DNA of 54,109 bases from Chiloscyllium plagiosum (lineage: Eukaryota): the NCBI RefSeq assembly GCF_004010195.1, contig NC_057718.1, positions 93,908,341 through 93,962,449 on the forward strand, given 5' to 3'. Shown here piece after piece: positions 49,462 to 54,109 of this stretch (its first letter is position 1; the number at the start of each line of letters is the position of its first letter). The notes below the pieces were generated by a model that was given only the letters and a program-made list of their open reading frames with translations, searched no databases and was not told the DNA's origin. A program made the position numbers and the translations under genes.

Positions 49462-50728
49462 GTAGGTTTCAGTTCTTTCAGATGTAAATCGCAAAATGTT
49501 TTTTTAAGAAAAGGATTTATAGTTTGAGCATTTTAATCCATCTACCATTTGTAGTGATGTAGAGGACTGATAAAATTGATGAGACTGTCTAAATCTTTGA
49601 CCCTTTCTTTGTGTCAGTATCAGACAGGAGAGACATGTCAGTGTTCCCCATTTGGATACACTAATGTCGACGCTGGGCAATGAGTTAAAGGTGTACAAAG
49701 GTCTTGCTTCATTTCGGACTGGAAAGAGAACCAGGCATTTGCACAAACACAGACTTGCCTCATTCTCTTTTCAAGAAAACAAGCCCGTTGATCTGCTTTC
49801 TAACAGCGTGCAGATATGTCAACCCTGGCTTCTGGTGGAATCCCGTCAGACAGTTCACTGCAGATACCCCTCCTCCCCACCCCACCCACCCGACAACGCT
49901 AAATACAGCAGTCACTCGGTCACAGCCTCATTCCGATTTAGTGGCCCCACGGCTGCTTTGTTAAGAACCCTGAGTGAGTGTGGCTGCCTTTTGAGAGCAA
50001 ACACGCATTCCTTTCAAGGTGCACGTCTTGCTAAAGCACCGTTTTGAAAGATGTGCTCAGCTTTTCAGGCAGCTCACTGCTGTCGCAGGTCTCTCTCTGG
50101 GTTAAACACTCTAAACGTCACCCTCTCAAGTCAGTTCTGGAATTTTATGCATCCACAATAACATCTGGAGCCTCTTTCCTGTTTCTCCATTTTTATTTGC
50201 CAGATAGATTTAAAACAAATTTGAACAAGGTCAAACATCGATCAGTGAATCGATGACACCAGTGTAAATGGTGACTCGGATTCTGAAGTTGATGGATGCA
50301 AGGAATTGGAAATTGACCTGTCACTGTGGTGCGGGCGTTTTGCCTTCAGCAGAGTATTTGTTCTTGATGGGGCAAGTCCTTAGCTGTTCCTGTAACATAG
50401 GACTGGTAATAAATGCTGTCCCAGCCAGTGCCTCCTCTATCCCATAAGCGAATCAAAAATGTCACAGGTATTTCAATATCCGGGCTAATACTAAGCTGTC
50501 TGGTTTTAAACAGCAACATGCTCATCTCAGCATATCTCACTTCAAGTGGCCACAGTTAAGTTGTTGACTGAGATTTTAAGACCTTCAGGTCTATGATATG
50601 GGGTGATATCATGTGCGTGTCTCTTATACCACCTTCTAACTGTGAGGCATAACACTAAATATTCAGCAGATCACGCAGCACCTATGGAGAGAGAAATTGA
50701 GTTTTTTCAAGATTACAATAAAAGTCTG

Positions 50729-50941
50729 TTTGTACACCCCAGTCCAACACCGGCATCTCCAATTCATAAATACAAAGTTAAAAATCACACAACACCAGGT
50801 TATAGTCCAACAGGTTTATTTGGAAGCAATAGCTTTTGGAGCGCTGACAATCACCTGATGAAGGAGCAGCACTCCGAAAGCTAGTGCTTCCAATTAAACC
50901 GGTTGGACAATAACCTGGTGTTGTGTGATTTTTAACTTTGA
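50729..50941. mobile_element. Fold-back Penelope pLTR insert (family A)
   Basis: CAAAGTTAAAAATCACACAACACCAGG ... CCTGGTGTTGTGTGATTTTTAACTTTG. Confidence 0.85.
50852..50886 (+). ncRNA. Minimal hammerhead ribozyme motif (family A), intact core
   Basis: CAC-CUGAUGA-A-GGAG-CAGCA-CUCC-GAAA-GC-UA-GUG; stem I CAC/GUG, palindromic AGCU in place of helix III. Confidence 0.7.
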
Positions 50942-51039
50942 ATGTCTTATTTCAAAATACAAACTCAGAAGGTACGCAATAGATAAAAATGTCCTTAAAT
51001 CAAATAAAATTATTTGAGGAGATTTTCAGCAGGGTTATC

Positions 51040-51680
51040 AAACAATATTTGATGACGAGCTGCATAAGGAAATATTTGGACCATTTTCAGTTCAGCCTTC
51101 ACATCCACGATCTCAGTGTGAGAGTAAAAACCCAAGTATACCGAGAGGTGATTGTCTCTGTACTCCTGAACTGCAATGACACCCCAACATGGCACACACA
51201 GAAGGGCATTTTAAATGCTCTGCCTCTTTTTCTGGATTCAATGGGAAGCCTATCAAACAAATGCTCTTGTCCTGCTCAAAGCAGCTTCATGAACGATCAG
51301 GCAAAACTCCCCAAGAATCAACTTTGAACCAGATGCTGCACCCATGCGCCAGGGAACCTTCTTCAGAGGTAAGTTGCCTTCTCCCAACCCTCAAAACACC
51401 CATGATCTTGGAGGACAAAGAAAAATCTTCAAGGATTGGAAGCCGTACAGCATTGGCGTTCATGACTGAGAGGAGCTTGCTATCACTTGTTCTGAAAGGA
51501 GACAACTTCATGTTCTGAGAGGCAGAGTGTGGACAGAGATGGGAAGGAAAAGGAGTAAAACCTGTTTCCCAGATCCCATGCTATCATGGGATATGGTCCT
51601 GCATGTTGACCAAACGTCACATGAAGGTTACAGCAGAACCTGGTGACCCTGAGTAGATGTCATCCTCTGATGGAGGGACA
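51040..51680 (+). mobile_element. Highly decayed RTE-like LINE 3' fragment
   Basis: DLSVRVKTQVYREVIVSVLLNCNDTPTW resembles the RTE KVYRAVVLSTLLYGSETW motif. Confidence 0.5.
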
Positions 51681-51720
51681 GCAAATGTTGAGGGCAAGTG
51701 AGGTGGAGGCATCTAAAATA

Positions 51721-52110
51721 TTTTTTATTTCAAAATTATACCTTATTCGCCAGAATATCTTTATATTTATACATGGTCACACATGCAGTTTGGCTTTGCA
51801 CAGTAGTACATGAAGAAAAACAAACTTTAGAGTTTGACTCTATTCAACAAGCAAACCAAAGGCATCTCTCATTTCTGTAAGATTATATTTACAGGTAATT
51901 GATGCACAGGAGGTTCCAATAACTGAATAGACCCCTGTTTTACTTCAGCAGAATGACCTCAGACAATGGTCGAACTGAGATAATAGTCTTTCCTTAGACA
52001 GTGGTCTTTCCCCACTGTGCTTTAGCAACAGCTATCCCAAGTTTTAGAGCATCCCTCAGCACGTAGCCCTGGACCTTTGAATGTGCCAGTCTGCAACACT
52101 TAGGATCAAC
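51721..52110 (-). mobile_element. Tx1/L1-clade LINE 3' end
   Basis: CCRLAHSKVQGYVLRDALKLGIAVAKAQWGKTTV-stop, then UTR and A-rich tail. Confidence 0.7.
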
Positions 52111-52270
52111 TCCTTGTCCAGGAAGATAGGAACATCTGGAAGAAGATAGAGCAACACTGAGATTAAGCAAGTGCATCCTAACACTCATGGCTTTAACAGT
52201 TGAAAGCATGGCTCCATAGTGGATGTGATTAAAAAATAACAGTGTGATGCTTACTTCTTTTGGTAAGCAT

Positions 52271-52917
52271 TGTTATAGACCAGGCCCCACCTCCGCAAAA
52301 CACTTCAAGAAGGTAGCCCATACCCTAGCTTTGCTATTTGATTTAAGCAGGTCTACAGTGGATATTCCAGGAGAGAATCAGCTGGTCAAACCACTTAGTT
52401 TAAACAAAACAGAATTTATTTACAGGATTACTGAATGAAACACAGAACAGAATACTGAATAACTTTTCCTAGCCGCAAACCCAACAGACTATCCCAACTT
52501 AATGATGCTGTTCCAAAATATGTACAACAATCCCCATAAATACCTCTTGGCACAACAGGAGAAATCAAACAAGTTCTTAAAGGAAACAAGTCAGAGGGGG
52601 AGAGAGAGTCCAGCAGCCTTTCTCCAATGCGCCCCGCCCCCCACCACCATCACACATGCGCGCGTGCGCACACACACACAGCTGCATTAAAACCCAAACC
52701 AAAGAAAAACTGAGCTGCGAAAACAGGCCACTCCCTTTTCACTGTATGAGTTTTTGAAACTTGAAAGCCTTCTGCCTGAGGCAATATCTGTTAGCTATAA
52801 ACAAATTGCCCCTAAAATCCATCCAAACTGAGACTTTTCAGAATCCATGTCATTTACAACCACCCTGGAAAAAAACTAAAGACAGTCAAACCTTGTTAAA
52901 GGAACTGCTTCAATGCA
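52271..52917 (-). mobile_element. Probable 3' LTR of a Gypsy element
   Basis: TG...CA termini, minus-strand AATAAA near 52416-52421, adjacent to RNaseH end. Confidence 0.55.
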
Positions 52918-52974
52918 CCTCCATGCAAACATGCACCACTACGTTTCAATTTCGGTCTGTTGTCCTCTTGCCAC

Positions 52975-53745
52975 CGAACGCCTCTGTTTCGCATTCGAGT
53001 TCCATAACGCGTCGGCAATCACGTTTTCTCGTCCTGCCACATGCACAATTTTCAAATTGAATGGCTGTAACAAGCTCCATCTAAACAGTCTGGCATTTTT
53101 ATCCTTACATTTCTCCACAGATTTCAATGGGTTATGATCAATGTATATCATTACCTCCGATGCGTTACTGGTAACATAAACACTGAAATAAATACCAACA
53201 CCAAGCTCAAAGTCTCCTTCTCAACCACCGACTATTTCTGCTGATGAATGTTCAACTTCCTGGAGAAACAACCGATAAGTCTTTTTATCCATCTTGTTGT
53301 CTCCTTGCAAGAGCACAGCACTGACACCCACATCACTTGCATTGATCGCAACTCTGAATGGCTTTGCATAGTTAGAGGTGGCGAAAACTGGGGCAGAGCT
53401 AACTCAGCTTTCAGGCTGTCAAATGCCTTCTGACTGTCCACTGAAATTTCTTGCCTTTCTTTAACAATTCAATAAGTAGAGCAGCCACACTGCCAAAATT
53501 TGGTACAAACTTTTGATAAAATCCACTCAATCCCAGGAATCACAGTACTGCTCTTTTTTTCGATTGGTATGGAAAACTCCCCAGTTGCCTGTTTTTGCAA
53601 CCTGTGGGGCCATTTGTCCATGTCCAATAACATGACCCAGGAATGTGAAACAGGCTTTGGCAAATTCACTTTTAGCCTGATTTATCACCAAGCCTGTCTT
53701 CCAAAGTCGATAAAACAAGCCTGATAAATGTTACAACTGTTCCTT
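52975..53745 (-). mobile_element. Decayed Gypsy pol RT-RNaseH (Gmr1-like arrangement)
   Basis: GLVINQAKSEFAKACFTFLGHVIG; IYIDHNPL...NARLFRWSLLQPFNLKIVHVAGRENVIADAL. Confidence 0.85.
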
Positions 53746-53747
53746 CA

Positions 53748-54070
53748 ATGTTGTGATTCTGTTCGCCGAGCTGGAAGTTTTTGTTGCAAACGTTTCGTCC
53801 CCTGGCTAGGCGACATCATCAGTGCTTGGGAGCCTCCTGCGAAGCGCTTCTTTGATGTTTCCTCCGGTGTTTATAGTGGTCTGTCCCTGCCGCTTCCGGT
53901 TGTCAGTTTCAGCTGTCCGCTGTAGTGGTTGGTATATTGGGTCCAGGTCAATGTGTTTGTTGATGGAGTTTGTGGATGAATGCCATGCCTCTAGGAATTC
54001 CCTGGCTGTTCTCTGTCTGGCTTGCCCTACGATAGTAGTGTTGTCCCAGTCGAATTCATATTGCTTGTTC
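53748..54070 (-). mobile_element. Penelope-like element 3' end (GIY-YIG C-terminus + pLTR) inserted in Gypsy
   Basis: Minus frame EFDWDNTTIVGQARQRTAREFLEAWHSSTNSINKHIDLDPIYQPL. Confidence 0.8.
53786..53825 (-). ncRNA. Minimal hammerhead ribozyme motif (family D)
   Basis: Minus strand GCA-CUGAUGA-U-GUCGCCU-AGCC-AGGGGAC-GAAA-CG-UU-UGC; stem I GCA/UGC. Confidence 0.7.
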
Positions 54071-54109
54071 CCAACACCAAGGAGAGGGAAGCACTGAAAT
54101 CACTAAGAA

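Noticed and set aside
49652..50047. 131-aa ORF in unique sequence
   Set aside because: Non-ATG start, no recognisable motif, no supporting exon structure
51721..52110. This Tx1-like copy as the TATA-targeting element
   Set aside because: Its 3' flank is not LTR sequence and its tail does not match the 22047-22185 modules

Overview
Repeat-dominated vertebrate genomic DNA, very probably from a cartilaginous fish (shark; inferred from HE1-type tRNA-derived SINEs together with CR1, Penelope-like, Rex1-like and Tx1-like fragments). There are two N gaps (3568-3887, 7366-7755). I can support no intact host gene; all recognisable ORFs are decayed transposon fragments (CR1 RT, Penelope RT/GIY-YIG, two Gypsy pol remnants, Rex1, Tx1, RTE). 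The most striking structure is that poly(A)-tailed retro-inserts sit at the TATA box of the same Gypsy-type LTR family at three separate places (17557-17744, 21780-22448, about 24460). One site carries a stack of modules separated by four copies of a 13-bp target, and some modules carry pieces of related LTRs, which suggests a TATA-targeting non-LTR retroelement. Also notable: many minimal hammerhead-ribozyme motifs (four Penelope-related families), often in fold-back insertions with 12-16 bp TSDs; a 2.2-kb 21/22-bp minisatellite inside a non-autonomous element with a Rex1-like tail; a degenerate ~71-bp G-rich array; and a Gypsy remnant consistent with Gmr1-like domain order. Family names come from motif recognition, not database searches. 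Most repeat boundaries are approximate.
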